DNA of 64,000 bases from an uncultured Candidatus Rokubacteria bacterium (GCA_963708025.1 CAVPSB010000025.1:64001-128000), one strand, 5' to 3'. Numbered from the stretch's first letter, positions 40,680 through 49,927 are shown. Numbers and translations: made by a program. Notes: a model not told the origin generated them from the sequence alone.

Positions 40680-41195
40680 CTAACGGACGGCGGCCGACAG
40701 GCGGCCCGTGCGGCGGTTCCAGGCCTGGACGGCGTCGTCGGCGGCCGCGGCGTCCTCGGGGACGAAGCCGCGGACGTCACACGTCAGCTCCAGCCGGATC
40801 CCGTTCGGGTCGAAGAAGTAGATGGAGTGGCAGAAGCCGTGGTCCACCGGACCCAGCACCTTCACCCCGTTCGTCTCGAGCTGGCTCTTGTAGCGGAGCA
40901 GGGCGTCCCGGTCGGGCACCCGCAGCGCCAGGTGACGGACCCAGCCGGGCACCACGGTCTGGTCTTCCTGGTCGGGCAACCCCAGGATCTCGAAGAAGGC
41001 CACGCAGCCACCGTCCGCCATCTGGAAGAAGGTGTGGAGGTGGGGGTAGGGCTCCCGGGTGCTGGGGACCGTCTCGCTCTGCGCGTGCGCCACCAGCTTC
41101 ATGTTGAGGTACTTCGTGTAGAACTCGACCGTCTTCTGGGTGTCCCGGGTGAGATACGCGACGTGATGCAGCCGCTCGGGCGGTGGAAGTGCCAT
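40680..41195 (-). CDS. VOC/glyoxalase family protein
   Basis: LHHVAY, HTFFQMADG, RHLALRV, HSIYFFDPNGIRLE motifs. Confidence 0.9.
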   Translation of the reverse strand: MALPPPERLHHVAYLTRDTQKTVEFYTKYLNMKLVAHAQSETVPSTREPYPHLHTFFQMADGGCVAFFEILGLPDQEDQTVVPGWVRHLALRVPDRDALLRYKSQLETNGVKVLGPVDHGFCHSIYFFDPNGIRLELTCDVRGFVPEDAAAADDAVQAWNRRTGRLSAAVR

Positions 41196-41265
41196 GAGTC
41201 CTCCTGTGCCGGCTGGAATCGACTCGGGCGCCGCCATTATAGCCCGGCGGCGCCGGCCCCGGTAG

Positions 41266-41439
41266 GTGGACGGGCTCGGCCAGCGGCGCCGCGACGCGAC
41301 GCGCGAGCGCCTGCTCACCGGGGAGGGGATCCCGGCCGAGCGCCTCATCGACGCGGAGGCCACGGGCGGCCCGGCGACTCCGGCGGCCACTCCCGACGCC
41401 GAGGGCCGCGTCGAGTTCACCGTCGCAGCCGGCGAGTAG
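41266..41439 (+). pseudogene. C-terminal stump resembling the end of DUF748 family proteins
   Basis: Manual translation: LGQRRRDATRERLLTGEGIPAERL...EGRVEFTV*. Confidence 0.45.
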
Positions 41440-41484
41440 CTCCGCTGGCCCTCCCCGTGACGCTCGGATAGGATAGCCCGCGCC

Positions 41485-42339
41485 ATGCACTCACACGGTC
41501 AGGGATCCCCACGAAGTGGAGAAGGCGAAGCGCCCTGGAAGTCGCTGGAGCGGATGAACCGCTTCCAGGAACCGGAGGCGCGGCGGATCATCGCCGATCT
41601 GGCCCTGGCCCCGGGCTCACGCGGGCTCGACGTGGGCTGCGGCGTCGGGCTCTACGGCCTCTGGATGGCCGAGGCCGTGGGGAGCGCGGGGCACGTGATC
41701 GGCCTCGAGCCCGAGACGGAGCGCGTCGAAGCGGCCCGCGCCCTCGTGGGCAGCCGCATCCCGGCCGGCCGGCTCGAGTTCCGCCAGGGCGACGGGACGG
41801 CCATCCCGCTGCCCGATCGGAGCGTCAACTGGCTGTGGTGCGGCGATGTGCTCCACCACATCGTGGAGACGGAGCGGGCCCTGCGCGAGTTCCGGCGTGT
41901 GGTGCGCCCCGGGGGCCGGATCGTCATCAAGGAGTCGCAGCTCCTCTCGGCGCTCTTCCTGCCCGGTCACCCCGAGCTCGAGCGTCGGATCCAGCTGGCC
42001 GAGATCCGGCGCACTCTCGAGGAAGGCGGCGGGCGGTCGTTCCAGGAGCGACGCCAGACCACCCTCGCATCACTCCGGGCCGTGGGGCTCACCGGGGTGA
42101 CCATGCGGAGCTACCTCCTGGAGCGCCGGGCCCCGCTCGGGCCGGCCGACCACGACTATATCCAGAACACGGTCTTCGCGCGCAACTGGGGCGATCGCCT
42201 GCGCGAGCTGCTGACGCCCGATGACTGGGCTCGGCGCTCAGCCCTGTGCGAGGCGGACTCGTCCGACAATGCCCTGAAGAGCCTCGACTACTATTGCCTC
42301 TATCCGATCACGGTCTTCAGCGTGCCACTGCCCGCCTGA
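41485..42339 (+). CDS. Class I SAM-dependent methyltransferase
   Basis: LDVGCGVG, GDGTAIPLPD, LREFRRVVRPGG motifs. Confidence 0.88.
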   Translation: MHSHGQGSPRSGEGEAPWKSLERMNRFQEPEARRIIADLALAPGSRGLDVGCGVGLYGLWMAEAVGSAGHVIGLEPETERVEAARALVGSRIPAGRLEFRQGDGTAIPLPDRSVNWLWCGDVLHHIVETERALREFRRVVRPGGRIVIKESQLLSALFLPGHPELERRIQLAEIRRTLEEGGGRSFQERRQTTLASLRAVGLTGVTMRSYLLERRAPLGPADHDYIQNTVFARNWGDRLRELLTPDDWARRSALCEADSSDNALKSLDYYCLYPITVFSVPLPA

Positions 42340-42393
42340 GCACGCGGTGCCGCTGGCGGGACGAGAGAACCTCCGATCCGGCCTGCCCGCGGC

Positions 42394-43674
42394 TCAGCCG
42401 GCCGGGAAGCGGGCGCGGAGCCAGCTCCCGAGGAGCGCCAGCACCTCCGCCCGGGTGTCCCGGGTGACGCCGGCCAGCGGGATGCCGTAGTGGTCGGCCC
42501 CCTGGATCATCGCGAAGGTCTTGTCGGCGTGCGGGGCGGCGGCGTGCTGCGCCTCGGCGTCCCGCGGGTAGACCGCGTTGTCCCCGCTGTAGCCGACGAC
42601 CAGCGTCGGGAGGCTCACTCGCGGGAGGTTGTCGAGGAGCGAGGCGCGCGAGGAGAGACCGGACCACGTCGAGAGCCAGGCCCGCGGCGTGGCGAGCCGG
42701 CCGAAGGCGAAGGGCGAGCCGTAGTTGGCGAGGTCGGGCCGGTCGCTGTAGAGGTCGCCCGGCCGGCGGTCGTTCGGCTCGAGCGAGAGGTCCAGGTAGG
42801 CCAGCTCGGCGGCAGTCCGGTAGATCACCATGATGCAGTCCCGCGACGCCCGCCGTCGCAGGAAGCCCTGCTCGGCCGGCGGCAGCGCCGCCGCCCCCGG
42901 CTCGGCCAGGCGCGCGCGGAAATAGGCCTCCTCGGCGACGTGCCGGCGGGCGCGGGCGTCGAGCCGCGCCACGCGGGCCTGCTGGGCGGCCCGGTAGCGC
43001 TCGACGAACTCGGCGCCGTAGCGCGTCGGGGCGGGGGGCACCCGGAAGCCGTTGGCGGGGTCGTACGGGTCGAGCGTCGGGTCGCAGGAGAGGACGTCGC
43101 CCTCGTCGGTCACCGACGGATCGATGGCGCGGAGCAGGAACCGGCCCTGCCCGACGTGCGCGGCCAGCGAGACGAACCCGTCGGCCGGCGGCAGCTCGTG
43201 CGCGTTCAGGTCCGGCGGGTCCCCGGCCGGGGTCGCCGCCAGCCGGCCGGGCGGCGCCGTCGCCGCCTGCGCCTGGTAGAAGGCGAAGAGCGACCCGCCG
43301 CCGCTGTTGCCGAGGAAGACCACGGACCGGGCCCCGTGCCGCTCGCGCAGCAGGCGGATGCCGGCCGCGATCTCGAGCAGCACCGTCTCGTGGATCATGG
43401 CGGTGTCGTTGTTCACCCACCGGCTGGCATGCCCGAAGGCGGCGTACCCCTGCTCGACGAGCGCGGGAATCGTGTAGTGCTGTGAGAAGTCGCTGCGCGG
43501 GTGCATCAGGTAGACGACGGTCGGCGGCACGGTCGGGCCGCGCCAGTAGAGGATGCCCCGGGAGGGCACCCCGTCGTCGGCGACGATCCGCTCCACCTGG
43601 TGGCGCACCCCCGGCGGCAGCTCGCCGAACTCCACCGGCCGGTTCGCGTGCCCGTAGCGCTTGGGCTCTGCCAT
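42394..43674 (-). CDS. Alpha/beta hydrolase
   Basis: GNSGG nucleophile elbow, GD, GADH motifs. Start at MAEPK. Confidence 0.8.
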   Translation of the reverse strand: MAEPKRYGHANRPVEFGELPPGVRHQVERIVADDGVPSRGILYWRGPTVPPTVVYLMHPRSDFSQHYTIPALVEQGYAAFGHASRWVNNDTAMIHETVLLEIAAGIRLLRERHGARSVVFLGNSGGGSLFAFYQAQAATAPPGRLAATPAGDPPDLNAHELPPADGFVSLAAHVGQGRFLLRAIDPSVTDEGDVLSCDPTLDPYDPANGFRVPPAPTRYGAEFVERYRAAQQARVARLDARARRHVAEEAYFRARLAEPGAAALPPAEQGFLRRRASRDCIMVIYRTAAELAYLDLSLEPNDRRPGDLYSDRPDLANYGSPFAFGRLATPRAWLSTWSGLSSRASLLDNLPRVSLPTLVVGYSGDNAVYPRDAEAQHAAAPHADKTFAMIQGADHYGIPLAGVTRDTRAEVLALLGSWLRARFPAG

Positions 43675-43675
43675 G

Positions 43676-43788
43676 TCAGTTTCGGGACCTCCCTCCCACC
43701 CCCCCAACCCCCCTCCCCCACCGTCCGACGGCCTTCGGCCTTTGGCCGGGGGGAGGGGGAGTCGGGGGATCCATTCCTTCACACCCTC
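43676..43788 (-). repeat. Repeat family A copy (32-aa ORF 43676-43774)
   Basis: Same ends as 7276-7370, with one GACGGCCTTCGGCCTTTGG module. Confidence 0.85.
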
Positions 43789-44502
43789 TCAGCCCAGGTA
43801 GGCGCGGAGTAGCTCCGGATGAGTGAGGAGGTCGGCCGGGGCGCCCTCGAGCGCCGTGAGCCGGCCGAGCTTCATCAGGTAGACGCGATCCGCGATCGGC
43901 AGCACCTGGCGGACGTTCTGCTCGACCATCAGGATCGTCGTGTGAAGCCCCCGGTTGATCTCCTTCACCTTGGCCAGCGTCTTCTCCAGCGCGAGCGGGG
44001 CCAGCCCGATCGAGGGCTCGTCGACCAGCAGCAGGGTGGGGGCGCTCATGAGCCCCATGCCGATGGCCAGCATCTGCCGCTCGCCGCCCGACAGCGAGGC
44101 CGCGCGCTGCCCGGCCCGCTCGGCCAGGACCGGGAAGAGCGCCAGCACCTGCTCGAGCTGGCGGCGCCGGGCGGTCCGGTCGGGGAGGGTCCACGCCCCC
44201 AGCTCGAGGTTCTCGCGCACGGTCATCTCGCCGAAAGTGAGGCCGCCCTGCGGCACGAGCGTGAGGCCGGCCCGAAGGTTCTCCGCGACGGAGCGCCCGG
44301 CGAGGTCCTGGCCCCGGAAGCGGATCCGCCCCTGGTAGGGCAGGAGCCCCAGGATGGCGTGGAGCGTCGTGGTCTTGCCGGCGCCGTTCGGCCCGGACAT
44401 GACCGCGGCCTCGCCGTCCTCCAGCACGAGATCGACCCCCAACAGCACCGGCTTCGGCCCGAAGCTGACCCGGAGCCCGGTGATCTCGAGCAGGGGGGCC
44501 AT
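43789..44502 (-). CDS. ABC ATPase (LivF-like)
   Basis: GPNGAGKT, LSGGERQM, DEPSIGL motifs. Confidence 0.92.
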   Translation of the reverse strand: MAPLLEITGLRVSFGPKPVLLGVDLVLEDGEAAVMSGPNGAGKTTTLHAILGLLPYQGRIRFRGQDLAGRSVAENLRAGLTLVPQGGLTFGEMTVRENLELGAWTLPDRTARRRQLEQVLALFPVLAERAGQRAASLSGGERQMLAIGMGLMSAPTLLLVDEPSIGLAPLALEKTLAKVKEINRGLHTTILMVEQNVRQVLPIADRVYLMKLGRLTALEGAPADLLTHPELLRAYLG

Positions 44503-44635
44503 CAGTTCGTGACCTCCCGCCCACCCGATCCTTCGACGGCCTTCGGCCTTTGGCCCCCCTCCCCTACCGGTGGACGGCCTTCGGCCTTTGGCCGGAGGGA
44601 GGGGGGAGTCCAGGGCCGCATTCCGTCACACGCTC
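44502..44635 (-). repeat. Repeat family A copy (39-aa ORF 44502-44621)
   Basis: TCAG at both ends, two GACGGCCTTCGGCCTTTGG modules. Confidence 0.85.
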
Positions 44636-45418
44636 TCAGGGCGACGCGCCGGGCGGCGCATCGAGACTGCCGCCCAGGTACGTGGTCACCACGACGGGAT
44701 CCGCCCGGACTGCCGCCGGGGGGCCGGCGGCGATCAGCCGGCCGTGGTCGAGGGCGACCACCCAGTCGGAGACGCCCATCACGGCCTCCATGTTGTGGTT
44801 GACCAGCAGCACGGTGCGGCCGCGCGCCACCAGGTCCCGGATGATCCTCAGGATGCCGTCGATCATGGCGGGAGGCAGCCCCGCCACCGGCTCGTCGAGC
44901 AGGACCAGCCGGGCGTCGGTCGCCAGCACCCGGGCGATGGCCAGGAGCTTCTGATCCCCGTACGCCAGGCGATCGGCCGCCTCCTCGGCCCGGTCGCCGA
45001 GGCCGACCAGCTCCAGGATCTCACGGGCCCGGTGCCGGGCGGGATCGCGCGCGGCCGGCGGCCGGCGCCCGAGGATTGCGCCGGCGAGGCGCTCGCCGGC
45101 CTGGTCCGGCACGCCGAAGAGCACGTTCTCGAGCGCGGTCATCCGGCGGAAGAGCTTCACGTCCTGGAACGTCCGCGCGATCCCGAGCCGGGCGATCCGG
45201 TCGGGCGGCAGCGAGCCGATGAGACGGCCGTCGTAGACGATGCGACCCGCGTCGCAGGAGAGAAAGCCGCCGATGACGTGGAAGAGGGTGGTCTTGCCGG
45301 CCCCGTTGGGGCCGATCAGGCCCGTGATGCGCGCCGGCTCGACGGCGAAGGAGACGTCGGCCAGCGCCTGGACGCCGCCGAACCGCTTGGAGACCCGATC
45401 CACCTCGAGGAGGGCCAT
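44636..45418 (-). CDS. ABC ATPase (LivG-like)
   Basis: GPNGAGKT, GIARTFQ, LLDEPVAG motifs. Confidence 0.92.
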   Translation of the reverse strand: MALLEVDRVSKRFGGVQALADVSFAVEPARITGLIGPNGAGKTTLFHVIGGFLSCDAGRIVYDGRLIGSLPPDRIARLGIARTFQDVKLFRRMTALENVLFGVPDQAGERLAGAILGRRPPAARDPARHRAREILELVGLGDRAEEAADRLAYGDQKLLAIARVLATDARLVLLDEPVAGLPPAMIDGILRIIRDLVARGRTVLLVNHNMEAVMGVSDWVVALDHGRLIAAGPPAAVRADPVVVTTYLGGSLDAPPGASP

Positions 45419-45431
45419 CGCGTGCCCCGCA

Positions 45432-45818
45432 TTATAGCTTCGGCGCGGACGGCAGGGCGCGGAGGTAGGCGATCAGCGCCTGGATCTCGCCGTCGGTCAG
45501 GGTGAAGCCGAAGGACGGCATGCCCGGCTTGCCGAAGGTCGAACCGCCCTGCCGGATGATGTCGGCGAGGTACTGGTCGGGGAGGGCCGCCGTCTCGGGG
45601 CCGGCCAGGTTGCCGGGGCGCAGGAGGAGGAGCCGGGCCCGCCAGGAGCCGCCGCGTCCGTCGGAGCCGTGGCAGGTCGCGCAGTGGGCGTGGAAGAGCG
45701 AGCGACCCGGCTCGGGGCCCGGCGGGCTGGGCGGGAGCGGGGCGAGGAGCAGCACGGCGACCAGCGCGACGAGGCCGAGCGTGACGAGGCCGGCGGCCCC
45801 GAGCAGGATCCGCTTCAT
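45432..45818 (-). CDS. Monoheme c-type cytochrome with N-terminal membrane anchor
   Basis: CATCH heme motif, GMPSF distal Met, N-terminal TM segment. Confidence 0.88.
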   Translation of the reverse strand: MKRILLGAAGLVTLGLVALVAVLLLAPLPPSPPGPEPGRSLFHAHCATCHGSDGRGGSWRARLLLLRPGNLAGPETAALPDQYLADIIRQGGSTFGKPGMPSFGFTLTDGEIQALIAYLRALPSAPKL

Positions 45819-46561
45819 CGGCCCGGGGTCGGAGGCTGGCCAGGCGCCAGCTCGAGCAGCGTGCGGCGCACCTCCGGGTCCTCGAGGAGCGCCGGTCCGG
45901 GTCCTTCCGTGAGGACCTGGCCCTGCTGGAGGACGTAGGCCCGGTCGGCCAGCCCGAGGAGGCGGCGGACGTGCTGGCCGGCGGCGAGGATCGCGACGCC
46001 CCGGACGCGGGTCAGCTCGCGCAGGACGGCGCAGAAGCGCGCGATCGCCGTCCGGGCGAGGCCGAGGAAGGGGTCGTCCAGGATGAGCAGCCGGGGCCGC
46101 GCCATCAGGCCGCGGGCGAGGGCCACCATCTGCTGCTCGCCGCCCGACAGCGTGCCGGCCGCCCGGTCCCGCGCGTCGCGCACGAGGGGGAACAGCTCCT
46201 CGCACATGGCGCGGGCGGCGATCGCCTCCCGGCGCGCCGGTGCCAGGTAGGCGCCGAGCTCGAGGTTCTCGCCCACCGTCAGCTCCTCGAAGAGCCCGCG
46301 GCCCTCGGGGATCGTCGCCACGCCGAGCGCGGCGATGCGGTAGGGCGCCAGCCCGTCGATCCGGACGCCGTCGAGCCGGATGGTCCCGCCGCGGAGCGGC
46401 AGCCGGCCGGTGACGGCGCGCAGGAGCGTCGTCTTGCCGGCGCCGTTGCCGCCGACGAGGGCGACCAGCTCCGCGGCCCCGACCGCGATCGACACGTCCT
46501 GCACGATCAGGGCGCCTCCGTAGCCCGCGCTCACGCCCTCGACGGCCAGCAGCGGCGTCAT
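45815..46561 (-). CDS. ABC ATPase (LivF-like)
   Basis: GGNGAGKT, PEGRGLF, LSGGEQQM. Walker B reads LDDP. Confidence 0.88.
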   Translation of the reverse strand: MTPLLAVEGVSAGYGGALIVQDVSIAVGAAELVALVGGNGAGKTTLLRAVTGRLPLRGGTIRLDGVRIDGLAPYRIAALGVATIPEGRGLFEELTVGENLELGAYLAPARREAIAARAMCEELFPLVRDARDRAAGTLSGGEQQMVALARGLMARPRLLILDDPFLGLARTAIARFCAVLRELTRVRGVAILAAGQHVRRLLGLADRAYVLQQGQVLTEGPGPALLEDPEVRRTLLELAPGQPPTPGR

Positions 46562-47229
46562 CTCGGCACCAGGGTGAGGTCGAAGCGCACCTTGACGTCG
46601 TCCTTGATCGGGTTGAGCCGGCTCTGGTAGGCGATGCCGAACTCCTGCCGGTTCACGACCAGGTCGCCGGTGACGCGGATCGCCCCGCCGGTGAGGGCCA
46701 CGGTGACCGGCACCGTGACGGGCCGGCTCACGCCGCGGATCGTCAGCTCGCCGCCGACGAGGACGCGCTCGCCCTCGCGCCGCACCCCCGCGACGACGAG
46801 CGTCGCCTCGGGGTGGCTTCGGGCGTCGAAGAAGTCCTCGCTGCGCAGGTGGTTGTCCCGCGTCCCGTTCGCGGTGTCGATCGAGGCCACCTCGACGGTG
46901 ACCCGGCCGGCGGCCGTCTCGAGACGTCCGTCCTCGAGACGCAGCTCCCCGCCGAAACGCCGGAAGCCGCCGTCGGCGTCCATGAAGCGGGAGACCGCGT
47001 AGAAGCGGAGCTGGCTGCGGGCCGGGTCGATGGCGTAGAGCCGGGGCTCCGCGCGCGCCGCGACGGAGGGCAGCAGGAGGAGCGCGACCAGCGCCAGCGC
47101 GCGACCGACGTCTGTTCGGGACCTCCCGCCCACCCGATCCTTCGACGGCCTTCGGCCTTTGGCCCCCCTCCCCCACCGTCGGACGGCCTTCGGCCTTTGG
47201 CCGGGGAGGGGGGAGCCGGAGCACCCCAT
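46558..47229 (-). CDS. YceI family (polyisoprenoid/lipid-binding) protein; start lies inside a repeat
   Basis: YAIDPARS, VASIDT..RDNHLRSEDFFD, GELTIRGV motifs and a signal-like hydrophobic stretch. Confidence 0.85.
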   Translation of the reverse strand: MGCSGSPLPGQRPKAVRRWGRGAKGRRPSKDRVGGRSRTDVGRALALVALLLLPSVAARAEPRLYAIDPARSQLRFYAVSRFMDADGGFRRFGGELRLEDGRLETAAGRVTVEVASIDTANGTRDNHLRSEDFFDARSHPEATLVVAGVRREGERVLVGGELTIRGVSRPVTVPVTVALTGGAIRVTGDLVVNRQEFGIAYQSRLNPIKDDVKVRFDLTLVPR

Positions 47230-47242
47230 TCCCTCACTGCTC
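47111..47242 (-). repeat. Repeat family A copy overlapping the yceI 5' end
   Basis: Close match to 44502-44635. Confidence 0.85.
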
Positions 47243-47965
47243 TTACTCCTCGTCGCCAAGGTAGGCCTCCTTCACCCGTGGCGAGCCGAGGACCTCGACC
47301 GGCCGGCCGTCCGCCACGATCGCGCCCTGGTCCAGCACCACCATCCGGTCGGCCAGCTCGGCGAGCACGCCGACCGAGTGCTCGATCGCCAGGATCGTGA
47401 GCCCGCGGGCCCGGAGCCGGCCGTAGAAGCGGATGACCTCCTCGCGCCCCCGGGGCGTCAGGCCGGCGGACAGCTCGTCGAGGAGGAGCAGCCGCGGCTC
47501 GGGGCCGAGGGCGCAGGCCAGCTCGAGCCGCTTCTGCTGGCCGAGCGAGAGCTCCCCGGCGCGCGCGGTCGGCCGATCGTGGAGGCCGACCAGCTCGAGC
47601 AGCCGCTCGGCCCGTCGCCGGCGCTCGCTCGCGGAGCGGCGGCGATGGCCGCCGCCGAACGTGACGCCGACGAGGACGTTGTCGAGAGCCGGCAGGTCGT
47701 TGAAGAGCCGGGCGATCTGGAAGGTCCGGCCGATCCCGAGGGCGGCGATCCGGTGGGGCGGCAGGCGGGTCAGGTCGGCTCCCTGGAACCGGACGGCGCC
47801 GGCGGTCGGCCGGACGAGCCCGCTGACGACGTCGAAGAGCGTCGTCTTGCCGGCGCCGTTCGGCCCGAGGACGGCGACCAGCGAGCCCGGCTCGATCGCC
47901 AGGCTCACCTCGCGGAGCGCCTCGAGCCCGCCGTACCGCTTGCTCACCCGCTGGAGCTCGAGCAT
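47243..47965 (-). CDS. ABC ATPase (LivG-like)
   Basis: GPNGAGKT, GIGRTFQ, VKEAYLG motifs. Confidence 0.9.
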   Translation of the reverse strand: MLELQRVSKRYGGLEALREVSLAIEPGSLVAVLGPNGAGKTTLFDVVSGLVRPTAGAVRFQGADLTRLPPHRIAALGIGRTFQIARLFNDLPALDNVLVGVTFGGGHRRRSASERRRRAERLLELVGLHDRPTARAGELSLGQQKRLELACALGPEPRLLLLDELSAGLTPRGREEVIRFYGRLRARGLTILAIEHSVGVLAELADRMVVLDQGAIVADGRPVEVLGSPRVKEAYLGDEE

Positions 47966-48894
47966 CACGCGCGACGGAGGAGGCCGGCCAGGCCCTTCGG
48001 GAAGACCAGCACCACCAGGATGAGCGCCGCCGCGTAGGGGAGCTGGTGGAGGCGCGGGAGGGCCGGCTGGAGCACGACCTCCGAGACCAGGTAGAGGAGC
48101 AGGGCGCCGGCCGCCGGCCCCAGGAGCGCGTGCACGCCGCCGAAGACCGCCATGATGAGCGGCAGGAGCGACAGCGCGCGGCCGAAGACCAGGTCCGGCT
48201 CGATGAACCGCACGGCGTGGGCGTAGAGGGCCCCGCCCGCCGCCGTGAGGGCGCCGGAGCAGGCGAAGGCGAGGAGCGTGTACGGCGCCGGGTTCACGCC
48301 GAGGAGCTGGGCGCGCTGGCGCGACTCGCGGATCGCCGCCCACGCCAGCCCGACCCGCGTGCGACGGAGCCCGGCGAACGCGCCGAGCGCCAGCAGCAGG
48401 AGGCCGAGCGCCAGGTAGTAACCGCCGGCGCGGTCGCGCGTCAGCTCGAGAGGCAGGCCGGGCAGGGCTGGCAAGGCGGGGATCCCGATCAGCCCGGCGC
48501 CGCCGCCGGTCAGCGCCGTCCAGTTGAGCGCGATCAGCCGCCCGCCCTCGGCGTAGGCGAAGGTGGCCAGCGCCAGGTAGGCGCCGGCCAGGCGCTGGGC
48601 GGTGAGCCCGATCGGCACGGCCACCGCGGCGCCCACGCCGACGGCGGCGGCGACGGCGAGCCAGGGGCTCCACCCCGCGCGCTGGCTGAGGAGGGCGCTG
48701 GCGTAGGCGCCGGCCCCGAAGTAGACGGCGTGGCCGAAGGAGATCTGGCCGGCGAAGGCGAGGAGGCTCCACGCGCTGGCCAGGGTGGCCCACCGGAAGG
48801 CCGCGCCGAGGACGTAGAGGGCATAGGGATCGAAGCCGAGGAGCGGCGGCCCGGCCAGGGCCAGGGCGAGGATCGCCACCGGGAGCGCCTTCAT
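47965..48894 (-). CDS. ABC permease (LivM-like)
   Basis: GQISFGHA, TGGGAGL, AIRES motifs. Confidence 0.88.
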   Translation of the reverse strand: MKALPVAILALALAGPPLLGFDPYALYVLGAAFRWATLASAWSLLAFAGQISFGHAVYFGAGAYASALLSQRAGWSPWLAVAAAVGVGAAVAVPIGLTAQRLAGAYLALATFAYAEGGRLIALNWTALTGGGAGLIGIPALPALPGLPLELTRDRAGGYYLALGLLLLALGAFAGLRRTRVGLAWAAIRESRQRAQLLGVNPAPYTLLAFACSGALTAAGGALYAHAVRFIEPDLVFGRALSLLPLIMAVFGGVHALLGPAAGALLLYLVSEVVLQPALPRLHQLPYAAALILVVLVFPKGLAGLLRRA

Positions 48895-49769
48895 CCGGCG
48901 GGCTTTCGCTCGGGGGTCCCCGGGCGGGCGAGGAGCACGGCCAGCAGCACGGCGACCACGACCAGCTCCCGCCAGCGCGGGCCGGCCCAGGCGAGCGTCA
49001 GCGCCTCGAGGAGGCCGATCGCGAGCCCGGCGCCCAGGAGGCCGACCAGCGGCTCCCGGCGGCTCCAGGCGCGGCCGAGGATCGCCAGCGTGATGGCCGA
49101 GAGCGTCAGCTCGACGCCCGCCCCGGGGTGCAGGTAGTGGGACGCGGCGAAGAGCACGCCGCCGAGGCCGGCGATGGCCGCCGCCGCCGCGAAGGTCACC
49201 ACGGAGACCCGGTCCGTGTTGACGCCGAGGAGGGCGGCCGTCCCCGCGTCCCGCGCCGTGGCCCGGAGGGCGATGCCCCACCGGGTGTGGTCGAGCAGGA
49301 GCTGGAGCCCGACGATGGTCACCAGCGCGACCCCGGCCGCGGCCCCCCGCGGAGCCGACATCCCGAGGATCCCGGTGGCGGCGCCCGCCTCGCTCGCGGT
49401 CGCGATGATGCGGTAGTCGGCGGACCAGGTCGCCAGCATGGCGTCCTGGAGGAGGAGCGAGAGGCCGAAGGTGAGCGCCATGCTGTTCAGCTCGACCGGC
49501 TCCCGCACCCGGTGGAGGAGCGCGCGCCAGACGAGGCCGACCGGGATCAGGGCGACGGCGGCGAGCGGCGCCAGCACGAGCGGCGGCCACCCGGAGAGGC
49601 GCCCGGCCGTGTAGCCGAGGTAGCCGCCGAGCAGGACCCACTCGCCGTGGGCGAGGTTGAGCGCGCGCGTGAGCCCGAAGACCGCGGCGAAGGCCAGGGC
49701 CAGAAAGGCGTAGAACGCGCCGTTGGCCAGGCCGGCGAGGACCGCCTCGCCCAGCGTCGTCAGGCTCAC
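48891..49769 (-). CDS. ABC permease (LivH-like)
   Basis: LNLAHGE, GIALRATA motifs. GTG start. Confidence 0.88.
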   Translation of the reverse strand: MSLTTLGEAVLAGLANGAFYAFLALAFAAVFGLTRALNLAHGEWVLLGGYLGYTAGRLSGWPPLVLAPLAAVALIPVGLVWRALLHRVREPVELNSMALTFGLSLLLQDAMLATWSADYRIIATASEAGAATGILGMSAPRGAAAGVALVTIVGLQLLLDHTRWGIALRATARDAGTAALLGVNTDRVSVVTFAAAAAIAGLGGVLFAASHYLHPGAGVELTLSAITLAILGRAWSRREPLVGLLGAGLAIGLLEALTLAWAGPRWRELVVVAVLLAVLLARPGTPERKPAG

Positions 49770-49927
49770 CAGGGTCCTTGGGGCGCCAAAACCAATGCAG
49801 GTGAGCTGCCTCCTCGGGGGCAGGGCCGAGGAGCGAGCAGCGCCCACAGGCCGAAGGCCGTCCGATCGACGTAGGCCGAGCGCGTCACGACCGAGATGAA
49901 CATTGCGACGCTCATCGGCCCTGCCCG
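49766..49927 (-). repeat. Repeat family B copy carrying a 49-aa ORF (49766-49915)
   Basis: TAG CGGGCAGGGCCG ATGAGCGTCGCAATGTTCATCTCGGTC.. encodes MSVAMFISVVTRSAYVDRTAFGLWALLAPRP..QGPW*. Confidence 0.82.
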
